A stretch of 64,000 nucleotides of DNA from an uncultured cyanobacterium. GTDB taxonomy: Bacteria > Cyanobacteriota > Cyanobacteriia > PCC-9006 > JAAUQQ01. A program made the position numbers and the translations under genes. The notes beneath the pieces were generated by a model. That model searched no databases, was not told the origin of the DNA, and saw nothing but the letters and a program-made list of their open reading frames with translations. How positions within the stretch are numbered: position 1 is the first letter of the stretch; each line of letters opens with the position of its first letter. Location of the stretch: assembly GCA_963718615.1 (NCBI GenBank), contig OY970368.1, positions 3,296,001-3,360,000 of the forward strand. The letters run 5' to 3'. This document shows, piece by piece, positions 9,479 through 18,485 of the stretch.

Positions 9479-10456
9479 CTAGCTTCTCGGCGTCAGTTGA
9501 GGCAAGGCTGCCGCTGTTTCGTTAGCCGCACTTCCTTCTGCCGGAGCACCGATCGCCCGAACAACTTCCACGCCGGATTCTTCTAAAATCACCACCGGCT
9601 CCGAGCCATTCATTTCAATGCGCTTGACCAAAACGCGACCGTTGGAAAGCCGCTGTCCCGCCATGACATATCGGCTAGTGGGTTCCTCAGGAGCCTTGAC
9701 GATCGCCTGATAGCGAGAGCCAATCTGAATGACACCTGTGACTTCTACTGCCCTGGCTAGAGCCGGATCGGGAACCGGGTCGCGGGGGGAGAGATCCGGT
9801 AGGTCTGGAGCCTTGGCAATCGGGCCACTGGCACTGGCACCGCTGCCTCTAGAACTGCTGCCGGTGCTAGTTGTTTTAGCGCCCCCAGCAGTACCTGCCA
9901 CAGGCTGCCCACCAGAGGAGGTTGAGCCAGAAGAACCAGCGGCACCGCCAGAGCGGCTGACACTGCTCGAACTGCCACCGGCATTAGCTCCCACGGACCG
10001 AGTTTGATTGCCGCTAGCACGACCTGGATTACTGCCAACACCACCAGGGAAACGCTGCCCCCCGGTCGAGGAGGCGTTGCCTAGAGGAACGTTAAATCCC
10101 GTAGCACTGACGGCATCAGGCTCAGGAGGAACCGGACGCACTAGCACTACGCTGGGACCACTAAACGGATCTTGACGACCGCTGCCCACAGCCTTGATCC
10201 GCAAATTGGCATTGGTGGAAGGGATCAGTCCGGGTACCTGGGTTTCTGCCTGGGTAACGACCACGCCATCAGGGGTTGTAAAGACCTGTGAGGGGGGCGC
10301 ATCCTGCGGTTGAGTTGCCTCCGTTGTAGGGGGCGTTGCCACTTCCGTCCCCGGTGTTGCTGGTTCAATGGCCGTCGGCTCCTCGGGTGTACGATTACAG
10401 CCCGTGAGCGTTAGGACGATGAGACTGGCCAATGCGATCGCCGAATGTTTTTTCAT
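9479..10456 (-). CDS. Lipoprotein with PilP/GspC-HR-like C-terminal domain
   Basis: Lipobox LTG-C; disordered P/T/S/G linker; GRQDPF motif; C-terminal beta domain VTGVIQIG..YQAIVKAP..SRYV.AGQRL.NG.V.VKRI....VILEE. Confidence 0.65.
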   Translation of the reverse strand: MKKHSAIALASLIVLTLTGCNRTPEEPTAIEPATPGTEVATPPTTEATQPQDAPPSQVFTTPDGVVVTQAETQVPGLIPSTNANLRIKAVGSGRQDPFSGPSVVLVRPVPPEPDAVSATGFNVPLGNASSTGGQRFPGGVGSNPGRASGNQTRSVGANAGGSSSSVSRSGGAAGSSGSTSSGGQPVAGTAGGAKTTSTGSSSRGSGASASGPIAKAPDLPDLSPRDPVPDPALARAVEVTGVIQIGSRYQAIVKAPEEPTSRYVMAGQRLSNGRVLVKRIEMNGSEPVVILEESGVEVVRAIGAPAEGSAANETAAALPQLTPRS

Positions 10457-10789
10457 CGTGGCTCCCCCACAATCTCCTCTGACCTTAAGAATAGCGTTTC
10501 TCTTTCGAAGCTGTGTTAATGCTTACCTGCTGTTCATGTAGGCGCTTATTATATGTGGCGCTTAAAGCATGTAGGCGCGTAAAGTTTAACAGGGAATGCC
10601 TCGGGTTGCCCTCGTTATTTCACTGCATTTTGTCCAGCGCCATCTCCTCAAGCGCTAATCCACGACCGGTCTGCCGCTGTTCCATAAATCCAGGCCATAA
10701 TTGAACTAGGCTATTCAAGCCTTCATCAATGTCAAGCACCTGTCACACTGGCTTTAGGTCCATTGCAGGATAGCAGTAAGGAGAGGGTT

Positions 10790-11068
10790 ATGGGCGATCG
10801 CGAAAAAAACGAAAAGCTACGGGATGACTTTCTCTATCCCACAACCAGTTATCAGGGCCCTTTTACGCCCCAGCAATTGACGTTTAATGCCAATCTCCAA
10901 GAGTTTGCGCAACGGGTTTCGCTGCTCTGCGGTTTGGAAACGGGCGGAAAAATTTCCACTGAAGATGCCTACACCCAGATCAAGCTTCTGTGGAAAATGC
11001 TGAAGAACTCAAAAAAAGAATTACTGGATCAAGCCCCTCCAGAGACGCCTGAATTGCCCGAATCCTGA
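10790..11068 (+). CDS. Small conserved cyanobacterial hypothetical protein
   Basis: FLYP..Y.G.FTP..L.FNANLQEFAQRVS....LETGGK.S..AY..IK.LWK pattern; AAGGAG RBS before ATG 10790. Confidence 0.85.
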   Translation: MGDREKNEKLRDDFLYPTTSYQGPFTPQQLTFNANLQEFAQRVSLLCGLETGGKISTEDAYTQIKLLWKMLKNSKKELLDQAPPETPELPES

Positions 11069-11073
11069 ACGGA

Positions 11074-12207
11074 TCAAGAGGAAACGCTGAAATAGTCCTT
11101 GACGATTTGGAGAATTCGCTGGGTGGCTAGGCCATCACCAAAGGGATTCGTTGCATTGGCCATGGCCCGGTAGGCCTCTGGATCGCTCAGCAGTTCCAAG
11201 GCGGCAGGCACCACCCTGGCAGGGTCAGTGCCTACTAATTTTGCGGTGCCTGCCATCACCGCTTCAGGACGCTCTGTCGTCTCTCGCAGCACTAAGACCG
11301 GTTTGCCAAGACCAGGGGCTTCTTCTTGAATGCCGCCGGAATCTGTCAGCAGGAGCGTACATCGCTGCATGGCACCGACGAGGGCAGGATAGTCTAGGGG
11401 CTCGGTCAAAAAGACGCGGGGATGTTCTCCCAGGGCTACTTGTAAGGGTTCGCGCACCAAAGGATTGCGATGCAAGGGCAGCAGCAGAGCAGTGTCGGGG
11501 ACTTTGTCGAGGATTTGGAGAAAGCTGGTGGCGATCGCCGCCAAAGGTTCTCCCCAGTTTTCACGACGATGAACGGTTGAAAGAATCACCCGATGTTGCT
11601 CCCAGTCCAATCCGGCGATCGAACAGTCAGGGGTTTGGGCCGCAACCGTTAGCAATGCATCAATCACCGTGTTACCGGTTTGGTAGAGATGTTCAACCAA
11701 ACCCGACTTTTTCAGATTGTCCACGGACAACGCCGTTGGGGCAAAATGCAGCTGGGCAATTTGCGAAACCAAGCGGCGATTGGCTTCTTCGGGATAGGGA
11801 TTAAATAAATGATCGGTGCGCAGGCCCGCTTCCACATGGCCCACCGGAATTTTTTGATAGAACGCCGCCAGGGCCGCCGCGAAGGCAGTGGTGGTATCGC
11901 CCTGAACCAAGACAATCTGAGGAGCCAGCTCTTGAAACAGCTTTTCGAGCCCCTGGAGACTGCGGCAGGTAATGTCGGTTAGCGTTTGCCCCGCTTGCAT
12001 AATCGCCAAGTCACGGTCGGCATTCAGGCCAAACCAATCCATAACTTGGGTGACCATTTCCCGATGTTGGCCAGTCAACACAACTTGGGTCTCGAAAGCC
12101 GGATCCTGCCGAAATTGTTGAATTACAGGGGCAAGCTTAATCGCTTCAGGTCGGGTACCGAGCGTAATGCAAACCCGAATTGGCTGGGACGGCGACAAAC
12201 CGGACAT
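11074..12207 (-). CDS. wecB: UDP-N-acetylglucosamine 2-epimerase (non-hydrolysing)
   Basis: GTRPEAIKLAP, TGQHREM, QGDTTT, HVEAGLRT, HRRENWG, TDSGGIQEEAP, TERPE. Confidence 0.97.
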   Translation of the reverse strand: MSGLSPSQPIRVCITLGTRPEAIKLAPVIQQFRQDPAFETQVVLTGQHREMVTQVMDWFGLNADRDLAIMQAGQTLTDITCRSLQGLEKLFQELAPQIVLVQGDTTTAFAAALAAFYQKIPVGHVEAGLRTDHLFNPYPEEANRRLVSQIAQLHFAPTALSVDNLKKSGLVEHLYQTGNTVIDALLTVAAQTPDCSIAGLDWEQHRVILSTVHRRENWGEPLAAIATSFLQILDKVPDTALLLPLHRNPLVREPLQVALGEHPRVFLTEPLDYPALVGAMQRCTLLLTDSGGIQEEAPGLGKPVLVLRETTERPEAVMAGTAKLVGTDPARVVPAALELLSDPEAYRAMANATNPFGDGLATQRILQIVKDYFSVSS

Positions 12208-12249
12208 AAATCAACCATGGTGAAGGCCGATTCCCATCCTAACGAAAGA

Positions 12250-12277
12250 TAGGGACATGGCAATGCCATATCCCTAC
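12250..12277. repeat. GTAG-type REP-like palindrome
   Basis: TAGGGACATGGCA-A-TGCCATATCCCTAC; ends in CTAC (GTAG on the minus strand); near-identical core to the 9412-9437 hairpin. Confidence 0.65.
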
Positions 12278-12315
12278 CCTTGATAAATTCAAAAAGATTC
12301 AAATAATTTAAGTCT

Positions 12316-12723
12316 CTACAGACCCGAATTGACTTCGCAGGTGAGCGGGCAAGAGGCGTAAACGGATTGGCTCTTGAGTGCAGCCTTACCGTTGAGCCAA
12401 GTCAGCCAGCTAACATCCTGGGGATGAATGCCTCGGAAGGTGAGGACAGCGGAGGCCATGATAATGCCAAGAAGATGAGAACCGAGGATCGCGCCACTCA
12501 CAACCAGAACTGCACTCATGGGCAGAACAGACTGGAGGGCGATCGCCGCCAAAGCGCTCACCGTGACCACAAGAATCAACAGGGGAAAGCCAATCACGAC
12601 CATACAAACGGTCAGGGCAAAAACCCACATCAAGAAACTTTTCAACCAAATTAATTGGCTGCCTCGATCAAATGTTGAACTCTCTAAATAGGCCATGACC
12701 ATCGCTCCTTGCCGGGAAATCAT
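12316..12723 (-). CDS. Conserved cyanobacterial membrane protein, unknown function
   Basis: About three hydrophobic helices, G.HP..V.WL.WL.G and C-terminal YASCPLTC motif. Confidence 0.8.
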   Translation of the reverse strand: MISRQGAMVMAYLESSTFDRGSQLIWLKSFLMWVFALTVCMVVIGFPLLILVVTVSALAAIALQSVLPMSAVLVVSGAILGSHLLGIIMASAVLTFRGIHPQDVSWLTWLNGKAALKSQSVYASCPLTCEVNSGL

Positions 12724-13114
12724 CTTTTGTTACGGGGTTTCTCTGCAAACAGCCTAGGCTATTCACCCTGGGAAAAGGGAAGATATTTTAGGTAAGAGAG
12801 AAGACTAGCGTAACGCCGGATGGGTGTAGGACCTTCAGTATAGGGAGCAACTCCTGGGATTTCATCAAACGTTTATCAAAATTTACGGAAAGGCTTTTCC
12901 GTAACGTTTTCTTAACAAGAACAGCCAGATTTTACAGCCAAAACGGAAATAAGGTCAGCCAGCCCAAAACACTGTCAAGGTGTCCTGCGCAAGAACGTTG
13001 AATAGGCGATGGCTGAACGATGGCTGAACGGATGGCTGGATGCAGCTCCTACAGTACAAAGCCGGAACTATTAGAGGTTGGTCTAAAGCCAAGCCCTTGC
13101 GCTACAGTGGGATT

Positions 13115-13142
13115 GCTAAAGTGGAAATGATTCCGCTTTAGC
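13115..13142. promoter_or_regulatory. 28-bp inverted repeat just downstream of a TACAGT -10-like element upstream of furC
   Basis: GCTAAAGTGGAA-ATGA-TTCCGCTTTAGC (1 mismatch); TACAGT at 13103-13108. Confidence 0.45.
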
Positions 13143-13282
13143 TTAATTTTATTCAGCGGATACCCGGTTGGTTTCTGCTTTGTCTGGGCCATCTAGGGAA
13201 AAACTTCATCAAGTCTTGTGAAGCTTTTTCAGGGATCGGTGGTCAGAGATACAAAAAGTTTGGAGATTTAGAGGTCGATAAA

Positions 13283-13852
13283 GTGATGGAACGACAATCG
13301 ACAGCATCAGACCTTGCTCCTGACTGTGTCTCCGCAGCTCAATCCTCTCCGGTTCAGGGTTTGGAGGAAGCGGTGGCCAAATGTCAGGCCCTAGGCATGC
13401 GGATGAGCCGTCAGCGTCGCTACATTCTGGAATTGCTTTGGCAAACGCGCGAGCATTTATCCGCGAGAGAAATTTATGATCGCCTCAATCGCCAAGGGTG
13501 CGATATTGGCCACACGTCGGTTTATCAGAATTTAGAAGCGTTGTCGTCTCAAAATATTGTTGAATGTATCGATCGCGCCGACGGACGGCTCTATGGCAGC
13601 GTCAGCGATTCCCACAGCCATGTGAACTGTCTCGATACCCAGCAAATTTTGGATATTCATATTGCCTTGCCAGAGGCAATCCTCCAAGACATCGAAGCGC
13701 GGACGGGGGTTAAGATCGTGGACTATCGCATTGACTTTTTTGGCTATCAGCAAACCCCGCCAACGTCGGACCCTAAGGCGTTGCCGGCAGATACCCCGGA
13801 GACTTCTGAGGGTTTGTCGGAAACTCCGGCAAATGCTTTACCGGAGCTATAG
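13283..13852 (+). CDS. furC: Fur-family regulator, FurC/PerR type
   Basis: MRMSRQRRYILELLW, HLSAREIYDRL, IGHTSVYQNLEAL, GRLYG, HSHVNC match the cyanobacterial FurC/PerR clade. Confidence 0.85.
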   Translation: MMERQSTASDLAPDCVSAAQSSPVQGLEEAVAKCQALGMRMSRQRRYILELLWQTREHLSAREIYDRLNRQGCDIGHTSVYQNLEALSSQNIVECIDRADGRLYGSVSDSHSHVNCLDTQQILDIHIALPEAILQDIEARTGVKIVDYRIDFFGYQQTPPTSDPKALPADTPETSEGLSETPANALPEL

Positions 13853-16800
13853 AGCGATGGTTTCATCCTCACTGGCCAGCCCCGCCTCTACGGGTTCCTG
13901 GGAAGCGGTCCAGCCGTTCGCCGGAGGTTCAGCCCTGGCTTGAGGTGCAGGGAGGGTTGCCGTAGTGGTTTCCTCTTCATCAAAGCGATAGCTACTGGTC
14001 GTATCCAGCGCCGATGCTGGGGGCTGTTCTGCGGAGAGTGTGGCCTCCTCCTCTGAAGCATGGGTGGCGAGGGGTCGGTCGGGCGTCGTGGATCGCGGTA
14101 GGCTGGCGGCTTCCTCCTGGACTAATTGCTGATAGACCTGATATTCCGTCATCGAGAAAAAGGCCCCGGATTGCTGGGCGATGGCGATCGCCGCTGCATC
14201 CAAGTGGGCATGGGCAACGCAGGCATTGCTCAGATTGACCCCCACCAGCGTCGCCCCCGTTAAGTCGGCATAGCGTAAGTCCGCACCCTGGAGATTGGTG
14301 CGACACAAAAGACTATGGCGCAGATTCGCCCGCTGAAGGTTGCAGCCAACGAGGTAGGCATCGGTCAAATCGGCCCCTTCCAAGTTGCTGCCGAGCCAAG
14401 CGGCATCTTCTGCTTGAATGCCCTGCAAATTGGCTCCGGCCAGCATGACTTGGTTGAGATGGGCTTTGGGCAAATGGAGCTGGGCCAAATGTTGACGGGC
14501 ATAGACCCAGAAGGCAAAGGGAGACAGAATGCTGGTGCGACCGATAAATTGACTCAGACGGTTGGGGTTATAGTCCGAGGAGCGCTGACTGTCACCGCAG
14601 GGACAGAAGCCAAAGGTCGATTCCTGGGCGATTCTGCACAGCAGCGTAAAGACATTTAGCCCCACAGCGGCATCCACTTGAAGCATGCTGAAGGGATTGT
14701 GGAGAACCCGGAGCATCTGGTGCGCCGTTTGGGGAATGCCCTCATCCAGCCAACGGCCTCGGCAGTAGTAACGATAAAACTCGTGGAGGCGATCGCTCAA
14801 AATCTCCAAAGAAACCCCCGGCGATTCCCGCTGCTGTTCCCGCCGCAACCGCTCCAAAATAAAGTTGACCAGACGCGGGGAGAGGGGGGCATGGCCCAAC
14901 AGTCGATAGAGATGGAGTGCCACCTGTTCGGCACTTTCTAGGGCAAAGGCTTCACCGTAGGGGGTTTGGATCCGTTGGGTGACCGTTTGGAGGGCGAGGG
15001 CGATCGCCTCCGCTCCGCTGTAATCCCCCAAAAAGGAATGGCGAAAAACCCAGCCCCGCTGCTTGGAAGCAAGGCTCTGTTCCCGGAAATAAAAGTTTGG
15101 TAAGGGCTGCTCCCAACTCCCCCCAGCCAGTTCACCACCGGACTCTGGCAAAAGATTATCCTCTGGGAGAACCGCTTCCTCTGCCCATTGGCCACGCCCA
15201 CTCTGGAGGATTCGGAGGGCCGCCCCTTGAATTTGCTGCCGCACTTGACGGGGCGATCGCCCCGCCAGCAAATTCGCCACCCCATCAGTGGAGCGGCTGG
15301 CATGGGCTGGTCCATTGCGGGACAGATCCGCCAGCAGACCGGGCTGGGGATAGGCATCGGTGGCTGCTCCCAAGAGCCAGGTCTGAAGCCGCTCGAAAAT
15401 TTCAAACTGGAGTGCCTCGACGGAAAGGGAAAAAATGCGCTCATCCAAAAATCCGTCCCGATGCAGCAAGGCCATGAGCAACAAGGTTGAGGGCCAATGG
15501 GCCAGCTCCTTGACCGCCGAATGGGACTGACCGCGAAAGGCTCCGCCTTTTTTGAGAAAGTTGAAATAGGATTGGGCGATCGCCTTGGTTTGCAAAATTG
15601 CCCAGTGGCGGAACCAGAGCTTCAGATCCGCTTGATCCATCGGTTGAATCTGAAGCCGAGGGTAGGACTGTTCCCACTGCATTTCGGGATGGGTTTTGAG
15701 CAGCGTAGCAAACAGTTCTGGCTGGCTGGTGAGCAAAATACGGTGACGTGGCACGCCTTTCTCATTGCGATAGCGATCCTGAAAAGCTTGAATCTGCCGC
15801 AGAAACCGCGAGAGCTGACCTTCTCCATCCGGACCGAGGGGCAATTCTTCTAGACCATCCAGAATCAGCACACAGGGGGGATTGTGGGCAGCGAGCCAGC
15901 TTTCTCGCTCCGTAAACAAACCGCTAGGAAGGGCCGGAGCCAAGGTTTCTTCCAGCGTCGCGCCCAGGAGCAGGCCCCGTAGCGAGATCACAATGGGCAT
16001 CCAATTGGGATAAAAATCCTGGGCCAACCGCACCGCAAACATTTGGCAAAAACAAGTCTTGCCCTGGCCCGCTTCAGCTTCCAAAATCGGAATTTCACCC
16101 GGCTTCACCAACTGTTCTGTGGCCCAGTCCAAGGCATCCTCAAGGGGCTCTGCTGGCAGGGAGGCCTTCGCCAGAGAACTATCAGGGCGATGGGTCGCAC
16201 CCAACCCAGCGGAGTCACCGGTCTTGAGCAGCCCCCGAGGCGGAATATAAAGATCCCGTAGACAAAACACCTGGCCCAACAGCGGCCCATTCAGGCTTTG
16301 CAGGAGCTGTGCCCGATAGAGCTCTTGCTGGGGCTCAATGGTGATGTGGGAAGACCGGCCTTCATCAATCAGCTCATAATCGCGGTCCGGCTGGGTAGGT
16401 CGGCTCCAGGTGGCCAGATGTCCCAATCGTACAAATTTTTGGAGTTGGGCCAGAGGGGTGGCATTTTCCGCGATCGTCGCCAGTAAATGCCCCACCAGTC
16501 CATGCTCCAACCGCTGGATCAACAGTTGAGCCTCCCGCTCCTCTGCCCCATTAAACGTCAGCCAAGTCACCATGACCTGCCGAATTTGCTGAACCAACAA
16601 CGACTGGGAACCCGAAACCAGCGCCTGCTCCGCCTGGGTATCCGTCAGCCGCTGGGGTCGTAAACTGGCAATGAGTGGAGTTAGGGGCGTCTGGGCCAAG
16701 GTTTCTTCCGATAGGGTTTGGGCTGCGGTAAGGGAAATCTGAGCGGCATCGAGCCAGGGGCGGTGGAGACTGGCCTCCTGGGTCAAGAGTTCGTCCAAGG

Positions 16801-17218
16801 CCCGCAAATAGGCAATCTGAAAACTTAGCCAAGTGCCTTCATTGCGTCTCAAGGGACGTTTGCGGCTGAGCTGCCGTAGCAATTGAGACGTCACCATCGC
16901 CAGAGGCTGGAGCATTGGCCAGGCTTGGGTAAAGGGTAGCTCTAATACCTCGGCCAAAACAGCAATGTCAAAAATGGTGCACTGACTCAAACCCATTTCC
17001 TGGGTAATGCGGGCCGCAATGCCCCGCAGCAAAGTGGTCTGCTCAGGCACCTGCCAGAAGGGAGCAGAGGTAGAAATCAGTTCGCTACTGTTGCTGGGCA
17101 AGGTCAACCCAAGCGAACTGCCATAGGTTCTGAGCCAATGGCAAATACTCAAGCCCATAGGGGTCACCGCTAGAGTGTCAAAAACGCATCTATTAATCTT
17201 TTCTACCGGCAAGATCAC
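13847..17218 (-). CDS. NACHT/STAND NTPase with C-terminal pentapeptide repeats
   Basis: Walker A AEAGQGKT, Walker B VLILDGLEEL, F.H..F.DY winged-helix motif, A(N/D)Lxx repeats; the start may be ATG 17158. Confidence 0.85.
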   Translation of the reverse strand: MILPVEKINRCVFDTLAVTPMGLSICHWLRTYGSSLGLTLPSNSSELISTSAPFWQVPEQTTLLRGIAARITQEMGLSQCTIFDIAVLAEVLELPFTQAWPMLQPLAMVTSQLLRQLSRKRPLRRNEGTWLSFQIAYLRALDELLTQEASLHRPWLDAAQISLTAAQTLSEETLAQTPLTPLIASLRPQRLTDTQAEQALVSGSQSLLVQQIRQVMVTWLTFNGAEEREAQLLIQRLEHGLVGHLLATIAENATPLAQLQKFVRLGHLATWSRPTQPDRDYELIDEGRSSHITIEPQQELYRAQLLQSLNGPLLGQVFCLRDLYIPPRGLLKTGDSAGLGATHRPDSSLAKASLPAEPLEDALDWATEQLVKPGEIPILEAEAGQGKTCFCQMFAVRLAQDFYPNWMPIVISLRGLLLGATLEETLAPALPSGLFTERESWLAAHNPPCVLILDGLEELPLGPDGEGQLSRFLRQIQAFQDRYRNEKGVPRHRILLTSQPELFATLLKTHPEMQWEQSYPRLQIQPMDQADLKLWFRHWAILQTKAIAQSYFNFLKKGGAFRGQSHSAVKELAHWPSTLLLMALLHRDGFLDERIFSLSVEALQFEIFERLQTWLLGAATDAYPQPGLLADLSRNGPAHASRSTDGVANLLAGRSPRQVRQQIQGAALRILQSGRGQWAEEAVLPEDNLLPESGGELAGGSWEQPLPNFYFREQSLASKQRGWVFRHSFLGDYSGAEAIALALQTVTQRIQTPYGEAFALESAEQVALHLYRLLGHAPLSPRLVNFILERLRREQQRESPGVSLEILSDRLHEFYRYYCRGRWLDEGIPQTAHQMLRVLHNPFSMLQVDAAVGLNVFTLLCRIAQESTFGFCPCGDSQRSSDYNPNRLSQFIGRTSILSPFAFWVYARQHLAQLHLPKAHLNQVMLAGANLQGIQAEDAAWLGSNLEGADLTDAYLVGCNLQRANLRHSLLCRTNLQGADLRYADLTGATLVGVNLSNACVAHAHLDAAAIAIAQQSGAFFSMTEYQVYQQLVQEEAASLPRSTTPDRPLATHASEEEATLSAEQPPASALDTTSSYRFDEEETTTATLPAPQARAEPPANGWTASQEPVEAGLASEDETIAL

Positions 17219-17488
17219 GGATCCGCCTTAAATCGTATCTCGCTATCCAAACTCGATCTCTACTACATCTCTCTACGGAAATTTCAGGAGAAATTAACAA
17301 GATGAATGGGTGTAAAGGATTTCCTGGTTTATCCCGATTCGGCCCGGAAAAAGTTGAAGTTTACTCAAACAAAGGGCTAGTGCTTCACACAAGCTTTTTG
17401 TAGAAGAGCCTTTTATGGCAACGCTTGCCTGTGGCCATAGGTCGGTCGAGTCGAATCTTATGCGCTCGTTTGGGGGGAGGAAAAGGGT

Positions 17489-18397
17489 ATGCTGCATCAG
17501 CCTTTAATCAATTTGGATCGGCATCGGGAAAACCTGAATCGCGTCTTGGCTTTACCGTGGGTCCAGGGCTCCGTGAAGCAGTGGCAACAGTTGAAACAAG
17601 AGGTGGAGGCGCAAATTGGCCCCCTGCCGTCTCCGGAAGACTGGGCTCGATTGAAGCTGAGTCTCTTACTGTTAGCGCTTCCTTGGAGCGGGGGAGCGTT
17701 AGCCTATCAATGGCTGACAGCGGTTCCTAATGTGCCTAATTGTCATGTTCCACAGTGGTCCCAGGCCGATCTCGATCGCCTAGACTGCATTCAACAAAAA
17801 ATGAAGTCCGGTCAGTCCCGCCAGGTCTTGGCTGGAATTCGTCAGTTAAAAGCTTGGCCGGAAGATAGCCCGATGTACGGGGTTTCTCAGCGGTTGCTAG
17901 AGGATTGGAGTTTGGTGGCCTGGAGTCAGGCCCAGCTTGAGTTTGAGTCGGGTGAATGGGAGACATCAGCGCAACTGGTGGCGGAAATTCCTGCGCAGTT
18001 ACCCCTGTGGACCCAGGTACAAGACCGTTTGGGATTGTGGCGTGAGATTCGGACCCAGGGCGAAAACCTTTACGACCTTGCCCAATCCGCCATTCGGGCA
18101 CAAGACTGGACCCAGGCACTGGACCATGCCAAGGCTCTAGCAAAGCTGGATAATGATTACTGGAAACGGCAGGGTTTGCATGAGTTGCCGCTGCTGATTG
18201 AAGAACGTCAGGCCGCAGTGGGGGATTCAACGAGGCAGCCCTTAGCCCAGTTTTTTTCTGACCCTCGCTCTGGGGCAGATTCCCGCTCCCATCCGGAGAT
18301 TCCTCGATCCCGTTTACCCATGCCGATGATGATTGGCTTAGAACGACCGGCGATCGCCAAACCCCATCTGGCCCAACCCGAATTCTCTACGGTCTGA
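17489..18397 (+). CDS. Membrane-anchored helical-repeat hypothetical protein (cyanobacterial family)
   Basis: One TM segment, P..PNC...RL.C motif, TPR-like helices (A..IP...PL). Confidence 0.65.
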   Translation: MLHQPLINLDRHRENLNRVLALPWVQGSVKQWQQLKQEVEAQIGPLPSPEDWARLKLSLLLLALPWSGGALAYQWLTAVPNVPNCHVPQWSQADLDRLDCIQQKMKSGQSRQVLAGIRQLKAWPEDSPMYGVSQRLLEDWSLVAWSQAQLEFESGEWETSAQLVAEIPAQLPLWTQVQDRLGLWREIRTQGENLYDLAQSAIRAQDWTQALDHAKALAKLDNDYWKRQGLHELPLLIEERQAAVGDSTRQPLAQFFSDPRSGADSRSHPEIPRSRLPMPMMIGLERPAIAKPHLAQPEFSTV

Positions 18398-18485
18398 ATT
18401 TTCTTGGGTTTAGGGATCCGAGGCTAAACTCTGGTGATAAGGTGTGGGGAGAAAATTTCCCCTGCCGCGCCTCTCTGCTGGGACT

